DNA of 64,000 nt, taken from an uncultured Prevotellaceae bacterium. Its GTDB lineage: Bacteria; Bacteroidota; Bacteroidia; Bacteroidales; Bacteroidaceae. The position numbers were made by a program, and so were the translations under genes. The notes under the pieces were generated by a model, which searched no databases, had not been told where the DNA came from, and saw only the letters and a program-made list of their open reading frames with translations. Positions 55,961-64,000 of the stretch are shown one piece after another. Positions within the stretch are counted from its first letter, which is position 1, and the number at the start of each line of letters is the position of its first letter. Location of the stretch: the NCBI GenBank assembly GCA_947174565.1, contig CAMWJL010000001.1:3946-67945 (forward strand). The letters run 5' to 3'.

Positions 55961-56078
55961 TATTGAGAAAACGTAGGAAATTTTCACAATGATGAGAGGA
56001 TAACAAAGCGGTTCCCGCGTTAAGCGTGGGCTGCTATTCCCTCATCTTCATCATAGGTTTCCTACGACCTTCTCAATA
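55961..56078 (+). ncRNA. Candidate structured RNA (an sRNA, or a cis-regulatory leader of the small secreted protein gene)
   Basis: Helices: 55961-69/56070-78 (9 bp), 55972-80/56058-66 (9 bp), 55991-56000/56038-46 (9 bp with one bulge), and GC-rich apical stems around 56007-56035. It lies about 50 nt downstream of the predicted promoter. I recognise no known family. Confidence 0.4.
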
Positions 56079-56157
56079 GAAACGGGCAATTCAGTCCACG
56101 TTTCTGTATCTAAAAATGGTCGATAGGGCTGTAAGACCAACAAAACACGCAATGCGT

Positions 56158-56478
56158 ATGAAAAAAATTTTTTTAATGGTGAGTGCTATCATGCTTTCAA
56201 TTTGCGTTTATGCAAATACATGCACGTATGATGGTGTTCAAGTTAGCCTACAATCTGAAAAAGTACAATGTATAACGGGTGTGGCTATAATCAAAATTTC
56301 AGTAAATGACACATCAAAGAAAGAGGTAAGGTGTCAAGTTGAAGTGGCTAATCAGCGCGCATGGATTACTGTTCAATTGAATTCTGGTTCAGGGACATTT
56401 AACATAGCCAAAGCTATTAGTTTGCCAAATGGTACTCATACTATTAAACTAATCCAAGAAGGAGGTATGTGTTATTGA
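56158..56478 (+). CDS. Small secreted Cys-containing hypothetical protein
   Basis: Signal peptide MKKIFLMVSAIMLSICVYA. The mature part is about 85 aa, beta-rich, with 4 Cys. The start could also be 56152. The context is AT-rich. Confidence 0.5.
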   Translation: MKKIFLMVSAIMLSICVYANTCTYDGVQVSLQSEKVQCITGVAIIKISVNDTSKKEVRCQVEVANQRAWITVQLNSGSGTFNIAKAISLPNGTHTIKLIQEGGMCY

Positions 56479-56519
56479 TTTCCAGTTAAGATATATTTAC
56501 ACTATCTTTTCTGCATAGT

Positions 56520-56554
56520 GGGCTTTAACGTATTTTCGTAGTGCGTTAAAGCCC
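56520..56554 (+). terminator. Hairpin terminator after the small secreted protein gene
   Basis: GGGCTTTAACG (56520-56530) pairs with CGTTAAAGCCC (56544-56554), followed by ATTTCAT. Confidence 0.6.
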
Positions 56555-56760
56555 ATTTCATATACAAACAACCTCTATTAACTTCATCGTGCCGCAAGGC
56601 TGGCACGAATTATGCGAATAAACAACTCCGTTACATTTATCTGCTTCTCATCACAATCTCTCGGCAGACGAGATTAAGATTCTTTACTTATGTTCCGTTG
56701 AGGATAAACGGGATAGAAAGGTCGCTTTTGTTCTCAAACAGGAAGGTCGGACACTGGGCA

Positions 56761-56889
56761 TGAGACGCTTCGGTATTCAGCGTGCTTCCACAGCCTCTAA
56801 ATCGGAGTCCCCGACTCCGACTGACCGATGTCCCCGACTCCGATTGGTCGATGTCGGGGACATCGATTTTGGGGGCATTTTTGAGGGGT
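56761..56889 (-). repeat. Nested-palindromic MITE/REP-like element, copy C (full length, inverted relative to copy A)
   Basis: TGAGACGCTTC..GTGCTTCCACAGCCTCTAAATCGG, then the core, then CGATTTTGGGGGCATTTTTGAGGGGT. Both arms align with the reverse complement of copy A. Confidence 0.85.
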
Positions 56890-56905
56890 GATGAAGGGAG
56901 AAGCA

Positions 56906-56933
56906 TACCGATAACAAAAAACGTGAGTTCGAT
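56906..56933 (-). terminator. Rho-independent terminator of the M48/YgjP-like gene
   Basis: ACGTGAGTTC (56911-20), loop gat, GAACTCACGT (56924-33). On the minus strand it is followed by TTTTT. Confidence 0.7.
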
Positions 56934-56972
56934 GAACTCACGTTGTGCGTATCAATGAAACGATTGGAACGA

Positions 56973-57512
56973 TTAAGCGGTATGGTATTTGTGGAGTTCC
57001 GCTCTCAGGGCGTGTGCCTGTCCGTCGGTCACAGCATCCATTAGTGCCCAAAAACGGGGTGAATGGTCGTGATGGACGGTGTGGCAAAGTTCGTGGAGGA
57101 TGACGTAGTCTTGCAGATGTTCGGGCACTTGCATCAGGTAGAGCGAAAGGCTAATGGTGTTTCTGCTGGAACACGATCCCCATCGGGTTTTGGAGTCGCG
57201 GATGGTGAGGCGTTCATAATGAAAGCCGTGCATGTATGCCAGTTCTGCTGTCCGCCGTGGCAAGAGTGCCTTGGCCTGCTGGCGCATCCTTTCCACGTCG
57301 GCGGCGGTCAGCTGGGGGCGGCTCTGCAGTGCCTTTTGCTTTTTCAGGAGAGGGAGGCGGAACTTGTCGATGGTGCTTTTGACGAATGACAGGGAGGCTC
57401 CCCGAAAGGTGGTAACACGAAGACCGTCAACCTCAGGACGCATAATGATGCTGCGTGCCCTGGGGTTGACGGTCACTGTCACCGTACCTAACTCTTCGTC
57501 GTGGTAGGTCAT
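56973..57512 (-). CDS. YgjP-like (DUF45) M48-family metallopeptidase
   Basis: 179 aa. HELCHTVHHDHSPRFW (HExxH). Confidence 0.8.
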   Translation of the reverse strand: MTYHDEELGTVTVTVNPRARSIIMRPEVDGLRVTTFRGASLSFVKSTIDKFRLPLLKKQKALQSRPQLTAADVERMRQQAKALLPRRTAELAYMHGFHYERLTIRDSKTRWGSCSSRNTISLSLYLMQVPEHLQDYVILHELCHTVHHDHSPRFWALMDAVTDGQAHALRAELHKYHTA

Positions 57513-57567
57513 CTTTGCTTATTAACAATTCAGGCTGCTGCAACGCTTGCGAGCCGTGGGGTGATTG

Positions 57568-57969
57568 TTAATGATTCGTTGTGAACTGCTTGTAGATTTT
57601 GTCTGCAATCTCCTGCATCTCCTCGCTCGAAAGACAGAGTTTGGGGTTGGCGAAGTTCATGTCCTTCTCGCTCTGCATGGGGATAAGGTGGATGTGCGCA
57701 TGGGGCACTTCAAGACCCAAGACGGCCTGACCAACCTTCACGCAGGGGAAAGCTGCCTTGATGGCAACTGCCACTTGCTTGGCGAACACTTGGAAACGCG
57801 CCAATTCATCGTCTTCCATGTCGAAGATGTAATCGACTTCACGGCGTGGAATGACCAGCGTGTGACCCTTCACCATCGGATTGATGTCGAGGAATGCGTA
57901 GAACTCCTCGTTCTCTGCACACTTATAGGAGGGGATTTCGCCTGCTGCGATTTTGCCAAAGATGCCCAT
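57568..57969 (-). CDS. HIT family protein
   Basis: 133 aa with the histidine triad VPHAHIHLIP. Confidence 0.9.
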   Translation of the reverse strand: MGIFGKIAAGEIPSYKCAENEEFYAFLDINPMVKGHTLVIPRREVDYIFDMEDDELARFQVFAKQVAVAIKAAFPCVKVGQAVLGLEVPHAHIHLIPMQSEKDMNFANPKLCLSSEEMQEIADKIYKQFTTNH

Positions 57970-57971
57970 AC

Positions 57972-58442
57972 TTATCCGAAGCTGATGTTCATGATTTCAA
58001 ACTTCATCACACCGCGCGGCACTGTTACTTCGGCCACGTCGCCCACTTTCTTGCCCAGCAGACCCTGTGCAATGGGTGTCTTGATGGAAATCTTGTTCTC
58101 GCGCAGGTTTGCCTCACCTTCGCTGACGATGGTGTAGGTGAGTTTCATGCCGTTCTCCACGTTCTTCAGCTCCACCTTCGAGAGAATCTGCACTTCGTCA
58201 GTCTTCGTCAGTTTCGATGGGTCGAGAATCTTCGTGTCGGCGAGCATTGCCTTCAGTTCGGCAATCTTCGTCTCGAGCTTACCCTGTGATTCCTTGGCTG
58301 CGTCATACTCCGCATTCTCCGAAAGGTCGCCCTTTTCGCGGGCTTCGGCAATCTGACGAATCACTTCAGGACGCTCCACTTCCTCCAGTTGTTTAATTTG
58401 GGCACGAAGCTTGTCGTAGCCCTCCTGTGACATATAAGCCAT
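57972..58442 (-). CDS. greA: Transcription elongation factor GreA
   Basis: Start at MAYMSQEGYDKLRAQIKQLEEVERPEV..GDLSENAEYDAAKE. Confidence 0.9.
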   Translation of the reverse strand: MAYMSQEGYDKLRAQIKQLEEVERPEVIRQIAEAREKGDLSENAEYDAAKESQGKLETKIAELKAMLADTKILDPSKLTKTDEVQILSKVELKNVENGMKLTYTIVSEGEANLRENKISIKTPIAQGLLGKKVGDVAEVTVPRGVMKFEIMNISFG

Positions 58443-58559
58443 AATGCTGTTCTGATTGTTTTGGTTTTCTTGTGTTACTAAAGATGTTTTTTTGAAAGAC
58501 GAAAAGAAAAAGAATCCCAACACCATCTGATGCTGGAACCCTTCCAATCTTTTCGTGTG

Positions 58560-58591
58560 CAAAGGTACGGCATTTCGCCTACCCCACCAAA
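58560..58591 (-). promoter_or_regulatory. Canonical promoter (TTTG-N20-TAccTTTG on the minus strand) for greA
   Basis: On the plus strand, CAAAggTA lies at 58560-58567 and CAAA at 58588-58591. Confidence 0.5.
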
Positions 58592-58673
58592 TATTTATCC
58601 CTTTTTTTACATCTGCGCGTATGCGTCACAAGGGAAGCCGTCTCCCCGTTTCCCCTGTCCAAGGGGAACTCAG

Positions 58674-60332
58674 CTAAAAGCTTAAAGCTAAACCACCTAA
58701 CACATTCACACCCAGGTTGCGGTAGCCCCAATAGCGGTCGTAATTGCGATTCAGCAAATTGTCACCCCTCACAAACAGCGTGCAGGGACACTTGACGGGC
58801 AACGTATAGCGAATGCTGGCACCTAAATTTAAGGTATTGGGGCGATTGTAGGCGAACACCGAGCCTTGGTCGAACGAAGGCTCGTCATAGATGGCAAACT
58901 CCCAATCCATGCCCACATACAGCCCTTTCACCACTTTGGCATCAGCTGTCCAATCCATTAAGAAGAAGGGCTTCGTGAAAGAACCGCTCCTCCACTCATC
59001 ATCAGCCTTGCTACCCACCATATTGATTTGGTTCTTCGCCTCCACCTTCACAATGTCGCCGTAAGCATAAGAGAAATCAGCGTTGATGTAGAAATTGCGA
59101 CGCTTGGCAAACCCAATCCGAGGCATATAGCGTCCATCCTGCAAGGGAGACATCCAATCCGTGTCATACTTGTTCTTGACCATATCAAGACCTGCATTTA
59201 TCTGCCCACAGAAGCCATTCATGCCACAGAAGCGATAGCCCACGCAGACATCAATCTGATGGTACTCTGCCTCCATCTTGAGAATGTCATTGCTGCCCAG
59301 TGTCCCTACACTCTCAAAAGCGAAATAGGGATGTTCACGGGCATACCGCTGGAAATTGTTGTCAGTCTCATAGCTGCGTGCCTTCACATACACCTCGTTC
59401 TGCCTGTCGATGCGGTAAGCCACCCCTGCGTCAGGACCAACCTTTCCACTGGTGCTGGCAAAGAGTCCCACCTGCACGCTCAACTGCTCGCCCACATACT
59501 GGTAATGGGGCGAAAGGCGAAGACTGGTGATGCCCTCCAACTCAGCATTGCCATAAGACGAATTGAAAAAGCCCAAACCCAAGCCCAAGCTGTGCTGCTC
59601 AGCCAACTTGTATGTGCCCTCCATATCCAAGTGTACCAATGTCTCGCCCAGCTTCTCTGTCAGGGTCGTCCGATAGTTTTGGCTGAAGAAATCCACGCCA
59701 CCCTTGGCTTCAATCGTGAGATTCTCAATCTGATAAGGCATCAACCCAAAGTCCAGCGTGCCCAACACATGATGCTGCTTGTCAGTGACATCGCTTGCCC
59801 CCATATAGTTGAACAAATGATTCTCGAACGTACCCCGTGCATACACATCAGCCCCACGTTCAATGTAGTGGCGATACTTCACCACTGCCCGATTGCGGTA
59901 ATCACGGCTGCGCCAATCCTTCACGTCCAAGTAATCATTGTCACGCACTTGCCCGTTGAAGCCTTTCAGCATCAGGCTGATGTCCAACGCATCGTCTTCC
60001 GTCAGGGCAAACTGATACGAAGCCTGCCCGTCCAACTGCCCATGCGTCCCTCCTCCAAGGTGTACATAGCCCTTCTTGTTGCCTTTCACAACTTCCTCCG
60101 TGGCATAGTCACCGACAAGCTCCTCTGCATAATTGTTGGTGGGTTGGCTCTCCACGGCATACTGCATCGTGTAGTGTTTCACCTGTGTTTCAACCGCTTG
60201 CGTCTTCACTTCCACCTTCTTCGCGTCTGTCACCACGGGCTTCACCTCGTTGGTCACTTCCACAGTGTTGTTCAACTGCGCCATTGCCGGCATTGCCACC
60301 AACATGGCGACGATTGTTATCGTTTGTTTCAT
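58674..60332 (-). CDS. Outer-membrane beta-barrel protein (hypothetical)
   Basis: 552 aa with signal peptide MKQTITIVAMLVAMPAMA, alternating aromatic and small residues, and a C-terminal Phe (..GGLALSF). Confidence 0.6.
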   Translation of the reverse strand: MKQTITIVAMLVAMPAMAQLNNTVEVTNEVKPVVTDAKKVEVKTQAVETQVKHYTMQYAVESQPTNNYAEELVGDYATEEVVKGNKKGYVHLGGGTHGQLDGQASYQFALTEDDALDISLMLKGFNGQVRDNDYLDVKDWRSRDYRNRAVVKYRHYIERGADVYARGTFENHLFNYMGASDVTDKQHHVLGTLDFGLMPYQIENLTIEAKGGVDFFSQNYRTTLTEKLGETLVHLDMEGTYKLAEQHSLGLGLGFFNSSYGNAELEGITSLRLSPHYQYVGEQLSVQVGLFASTSGKVGPDAGVAYRIDRQNEVYVKARSYETDNNFQRYAREHPYFAFESVGTLGSNDILKMEAEYHQIDVCVGYRFCGMNGFCGQINAGLDMVKNKYDTDWMSPLQDGRYMPRIGFAKRRNFYINADFSYAYGDIVKVEAKNQINMVGSKADDEWRSGSFTKPFFLMDWTADAKVVKGLYVGMDWEFAIYDEPSFDQGSVFAYNRPNTLNLGASIRYTLPVKCPCTLFVRGDNLLNRNYDRYWGYRNLGVNVLGGLALSF

Positions 60333-60334
60333 AC

Positions 60335-62326
60335 TTACCTCAACCTTTCTTCTATCATTACCTTAATATCGTCATCATCCTTGTAGTTCGCTTTCAGCGA
60401 TTCGAGCGTCTGCCGAGCCTCCACCTCACGACCTTCTGCTTTGTAGATGTCGCTCAGCAAGATGAACGCACGAGCCAACCAATAAGACTTGCTGATACCC
60501 TCATCAATCGCCTTGTTCAGCAGGCTCTCCGCCTGTGCATACTCTCCTGCATCATACGATGCCTGAGCCGCCAACACGGGTGCTTTTGCCTGTTCCATGG
60601 CAATCGAATCCTGAGCCGCTGCGATGGAGTCCTGAATGGCTATGTTCGCTGCCATGTTCGCTAACTCCTCGTTTGCCTTCTGTGCGTATTCCGTGTTGGG
60701 ATACTGCATAGCCAGCTCACCAAACACGACAGCAGCCTCGTCCGTCTTGCCCTGCAACACATAGGCTCGACCCTTCTCGTATAAGGCCTTAGCACCCAAC
60801 GAAGAATGAGCATATTCCGCACTCATCAGCTGAATCAGTTCCACTTTCTTGTCATAGTTGCCTCGCAAGCCCTCTATATACGCCTGCTGCAACATCGAGT
60901 AGTCACCCTGCGAGTGGTCGATTTCCTTGGCTTTCTGATAGCAGACATCCGCTTCATCATAGTTGCGCATGTTCAGGTAGCTGTCACCCATACGGTTGTA
61001 GGCATCGGCACGCATCGCATTGCTGCCTTCGGGCAATTCCGCCACCTTCTGGAACTGCGCAATAGCCGCGTTATACTTCTGCAATTTGAATTGCGCGTAT
61101 CCCAAGCTGTACATGGCATACGCTTTGTTTTTCAGCGTTCCAGCTGAGGTCTGCGTGCCCAAATTCAAGGCCGTGTTGAGGTCGTTAGCCGCTTGTGCAT
61201 AGTTGCCCAACCGATAGTTGCAGTCGCCTTTCACATAGAACGATTCGGCATAAGCCTCCGCGTCTTGACGACCCAAACCGATGGCCTGTGTGGCATAGGT
61301 CAGTGCCTCCTGCACACGATTCTGAGTCAGTTCCTGAAACGCCAAGTTGTAGAGCACGCGCTGCTTGTCAACCTGCGTGTCGGCATTGGGCGATTGTACC
61401 TTGCTGATGGCTTGAAGTGCCTTGGAATAATCCTTTTTGCTCATATAGACCTCGGTCAGACACTGCGACACGGGCGTGGCGTACTTTGAAGTGGGGAACT
61501 CGCTGAGAAACTGCTCCATGACTGGCACCGTCTGCGATGATTTCTGTTCGTGCAAGGTCAAGGAGTAGTTGTAAAGTGCCTGTTCGCGCAGGGAAGCCTT
61601 GGCTGACATGCCCGACGCATTCAGGAATGCCGTTTGTGCCTGCTGCTTCTGTCCACGTTGCAACGCTGCGATGCCTGCATGCAGCCACGCATTCTGCGCC
61701 ATTTCGTCCCGACTGCTGCCAGCCGATTCCGTCAGCGTGTTCCACGCCTTTTCCCATTGTCCGAGGGCATAATAGCACATGCCTTGCTTATACTGCGATG
61801 TGCGCGTCTTCTCGCCCACCTCCAGATAAGGCAACGCCCGTGCATATTCACCTTGGTCGTACAAGTGTTCGCCCGCCATTCTATACAATACTTCATTATA
61901 GGCACAAGCCTCATCGCTCAAGCCCGAAAGCGGATAAGCCAACGGCAAGTCCAGCGAAGCGTCTGTTTCCTCGTCGGCAAAGAACGACAGCAATGCTTCA
62001 TCATAACGCGCCTCCTTCACCAGCAGGTTGCGGTGAAAAACGTGCAATGCGCCAGCATACTGCGAGTACGGATGTTTCTCCACCCACTCGCCCATTCGGT
62101 CGGCAGTTCCTGGCACATCCAGCACATAGTCACACACCAAGAGGAGCGACCGTGCATCTTCACGTCCCTTCTCGCTCTCAGCCCCTTCTAAAAAAAGCTC
62201 CAACTGCTGTTTTGCGCCCAGATAGTGTCCATCCGCCAACGCTTTCACCGCCGTGTGCTGCGCTTGTGCTCCTAATGCCACACCAGCCATCAGCCACGAC
62301 ACCAACATTCGTGAATACCCTTTCAT
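60335..62326 (-). CDS. Large secreted tetratricopeptide-repeat protein
   Basis: 663 aa with a signal peptide and many TPR-like A/Y/L repeats. It ends 2 nt upstream of the beta-barrel gene. Confidence 0.7.
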   Translation of the reverse strand: MKGYSRMLVSWLMAGVALGAQAQHTAVKALADGHYLGAKQQLELFLEGAESEKGREDARSLLLVCDYVLDVPGTADRMGEWVEKHPYSQYAGALHVFHRNLLVKEARYDEALLSFFADEETDASLDLPLAYPLSGLSDEACAYNEVLYRMAGEHLYDQGEYARALPYLEVGEKTRTSQYKQGMCYYALGQWEKAWNTLTESAGSSRDEMAQNAWLHAGIAALQRGQKQQAQTAFLNASGMSAKASLREQALYNYSLTLHEQKSSQTVPVMEQFLSEFPTSKYATPVSQCLTEVYMSKKDYSKALQAISKVQSPNADTQVDKQRVLYNLAFQELTQNRVQEALTYATQAIGLGRQDAEAYAESFYVKGDCNYRLGNYAQAANDLNTALNLGTQTSAGTLKNKAYAMYSLGYAQFKLQKYNAAIAQFQKVAELPEGSNAMRADAYNRMGDSYLNMRNYDEADVCYQKAKEIDHSQGDYSMLQQAYIEGLRGNYDKKVELIQLMSAEYAHSSLGAKALYEKGRAYVLQGKTDEAAVVFGELAMQYPNTEYAQKANEELANMAANIAIQDSIAAAQDSIAMEQAKAPVLAAQASYDAGEYAQAESLLNKAIDEGISKSYWLARAFILLSDIYKAEGREVEARQTLESLKANYKDDDDIKVMIEERLR

Positions 62327-62471
62327 TGTATTTTCAGGTTAATTTATCAATTAGAATTTCGCGACCAACATGTCCTCCCAACATGAGTTGGACGAAGTGA
62401 CACTTGGTGATGAGCGGAAGAGCCGTAACCATCGAGTGCTGAGACTCATACATTACAGACATCCTGCCGCC

Positions 62472-62567
62472 ATGCTTACCGAGGGCAAAGTTACTGAATT
62501 TATTTGTGTTGCGCATGATTTCTGCCAGTTTTTTGATGCCACGACGGCAAAATATGCCACAAGAAGC
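62472..62567 (+). pseudogene. IS982-family-like transposase 5' fragment (copy c3)
   Basis: Encodes MLTEGKVTEFICVAHDFCQFFDATTAKYA and then runs into repeat copy D. The first 20 nt after the first two codons are identical to copy c2. Confidence 0.55.
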
Positions 62568-62664
62568 GTTCCAAACGAGAATCATCGTGCCTTTTGCCAT
62601 CTGCATATTGAAGGTCGCCTCCGTCCGGTGCAGAAACGCCTCTTTCATCTTCGGGCAAAAAGCA

Positions 62665-62745
62665 CCCCTAAATCGGAGTCCCCGACTCCGACCGACCGAT
62701 GTCCCCGACTCCGATTGGTCGGAGTCGGGGACATCGATTTAGAGG
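62665..62745 (+). repeat. Nested-palindromic MITE/REP-like element, copy D (core only)
   Basis: CCCCTAAATCG, then GGAGTC-CCC-GACTCC, then a perfect 18-bp stem: CGATGTCCCCGACTCCGA (62697-62714), loop TTGG, TCGGAGTCGGGGACATCG (62719-62736). It ends in ATTTAGAGG. Confidence 0.9.
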
Positions 62746-62882
62746 CTCTTTCTGCGGTGATGTTGATTCACCAAGCACACACACTTTTCATCCATCATTG
62801 ACAAATGACATTTGACAAATCACCCCGTCGCAGGTGTTTTTGTGCTGTAATAAAGGCTGGATAACAAAATTGTCCATCATCC

Positions 62883-62915
62883 ATTGCCCATTGCTAATTT
62901 ATTTGCCTACCTTTG
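62883..62915 (+). promoter_or_regulatory. Candidate promoter (aTTG-N21-TAccTTTG) for nadB
   Basis: TAccTTTG at 62908-62915, 20 nt upstream of the ATG at 62936. Confidence 0.4.
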
Positions 62916-62935
62916 CATGTCAACATTAGCTAATT

Positions 62936-64000
62936 ATGACGAAAATCTACGATTTCCTCATCATCGGCTCCGGTGTAGCCGGTATGAGTTATGCCCTCAA
63001 AGTGGCGGAGGCCAAGAAGGGCAAGATTGCCATCGTCTGCAAAACGACCTTGGAAGAGGCTAACACCGCCAAGGCGCAAGGCGGCATCGCATCGGTCACA
63101 AACCTGTTGGTCGATAACTTTGAGAAGCACATCGAGGACACCATGATTGCTGGCGACTGGATTAGTGACCCCGAAGCCGTGAAGCAAGTGGTCATGGGTG
63201 GGCCTGCTGGCATCAAAGACCTGTTGCGGTGGGGCGTGAACTTCGACAAGAAGGAAGATGGCTCGTTCGACCTGCACCGTGAAGGCGGTCACTCCGAGTT
63301 CCGTATCCTGCACCATGCCGACGACACAGGCGCAGAAATCCAGCGCGGCTTGATGGAGGCGGTGAGGAACAACCCCTACATTGATATATTAGAGAACCAC
63401 TTTGCGGTGGAGATTATCACCCAACACCATTTGGGCATCCGTGTGACCCGACGCACGCCCGACATTGAGTGCTATGGCGCATACGTGCTGAACCCCAATA
63501 CGGGCAAGATAGACACATTCCTGTCCAAAGTGACGCTGATGGCCACAGGCGGAACAGGTGCCATCTATGCCACCACTTCCAACCCCAACATCGCCACAGG
63601 CGACGGCATTGCCATGGTGTATCGTGCCAAAGGGAAGGTGAAGGACATGGAGTTCGTGCAGTTCCACCCAACCGTGCTGTTCAACCCTGCCGAGACGCAT
63701 CCCGCCTACCTCATCACGGAAGCCATGCGTGGCTATGGCGGCATTCTCCGTCTGCCGAACGGCGAGGAGTTCATGCAGAAGTATGACGAGCGGCTCTCGC
63801 TGGCTCCGCGCGACATTGTGGCGCGCGCCATCGACAACGAGATGAAGATTCATGCCCTCGACCATGTGTGCTTGGACGTGACCCACAAAGACCCAGAAGA
63901 GACCAAACACCACTTCCCCAACATCTATGCCAAGTGCCTGTCCATCGGCATCGACATCACGAAGGAGTACATTCCCGTAGCCCCTTCGGCTCACTACATG
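62936..64000 (+). CDS. nadB: L-aspartate oxidase (5' part; runs off the window)
   Basis: Open frame to the window end; it is absent from the ORF track because it has no stop codon. YDFLIIGSGVAGMSYA (FAD), AQGGIA, HREGGHSEFRILH, MATGGTGAIYATTSNP..TGDGIAM and EFVQFHPT. Confidence 0.9.
   Translation, partial: MTKIYDFLIIGSGVAGMSYALKVAEAKKGKIAIVCKTTLEEANTAKAQGGIASVTNLLVDNFEKHIEDTMIAGDWISDPEAVKQVVMGGPAGIKDLLRWGVNFDKKEDGSFDLHREGGHSEFRILHHADDTGAEIQRGLMEAVRNNPYIDILENHFAVEIITQHHLGIRVTRRTPDIECYGAYVLNPNTGKIDTFLSKVTLMATGGTGAIYATTSNPNIATGDGIAMVYRAKGKVKDMEFVQFHPTVLFNPAETHPAYLITEAMRGYGGILRLPNGEEFMQKYDERLSLAPRDIVARAIDNEMKIHALDHVCLDVTHKDPEETKHHFPNIYAKCLSIGIDITKEYIPVAPSAHYM

Noticed and set aside
55961-56078. 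Retron msr/msd, DGR template, IS110 bridge RNA or TnpB/IscB omega RNA
   Set aside because: No reverse transcriptase, DEDD/serine recombinase or RuvC-like nuclease ORF occurs anywhere in the window. The neighbouring ORF is a 107-aa secreted protein.
59028-60386. 452-aa plus-strand ORF
   Set aside because: It is antisense to the 552-aa outer-membrane beta-barrel gene and extends into the TPR gene. The sequence is H/L/I/Q-rich low complexity. It is a shadow ORF.
19204-62745. Possibility that the GGAGTC/GACATC palindromic repeats form a CRISPR array
   Set aside because: The four copies are 6-19 kb apart and in both orientations. They are not interspersed with short unique spacers, and no cas genes are present.

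Overview
The window looks like a Bacteroidota chromosome segment. The order is probably Bacteroidales and the family possibly Prevotella-like, but that is inference from gene content only. Supporting signs are a T9SS C-terminal sorting domain, fused SecDF, a glsA/glsB-type lipid pair, the DUF2851, DUF4835, DUF3127, DUF3098 and DUF4250 families, and TAnnTTTG-type -7 promoter boxes.

I support about 56 protein genes. Most are housekeeping: dapB, lepB, xth, recN, coaBC, dnaN, ddh, secDF, hup, miaB, ftsX, uppP, truB, queA, folK, a DPP-IV-like peptidase, ridA, argB, an ECF sigma factor, greA and nadB (partial at the 3' edge). By eye I found no rRNA gene, no tRNA gene and no CRISPR array.

The accessory or unusual content is:
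1. A type II restriction-modification pair (5255-7311). Its nuclease carries a K-x3-R-D-R motif.
2. A three-gene membrane-protein cluster (19601-21123). It appears to be inserted between DUF4835 and coaBC.
3. A visibly AT-rich single-gene island of about 3.2 kb (50484-53462). It encodes a predicted membrane-anchored UvrD/helicase-IV-like protein with an embedded PD-(D/E)xK-like module and a C-terminal zinc ribbon. This is my best candidate for an undescribed (defence-like) function.
4. A second AT-rich islet (about 55420-56700) with a canonical promoter, a strongly structured element of about 120 nt and a small secreted Cys-containing protein.
5. Four copies of a nested-palindromic MITE/REP-like repeat.
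6. Three homologous fragments of about 95 bp that resemble the 5' end of an IS982-type transposase gene.
7. Four copies of an identical T-G8-TAG homopolymer module. Three sit in genes for secreted or membrane proteins. A single-G slip puts the TAG in frame in all four.

All calls come from reading the sequence and the ORF translations. No database search, fold prediction or composition scan was run.
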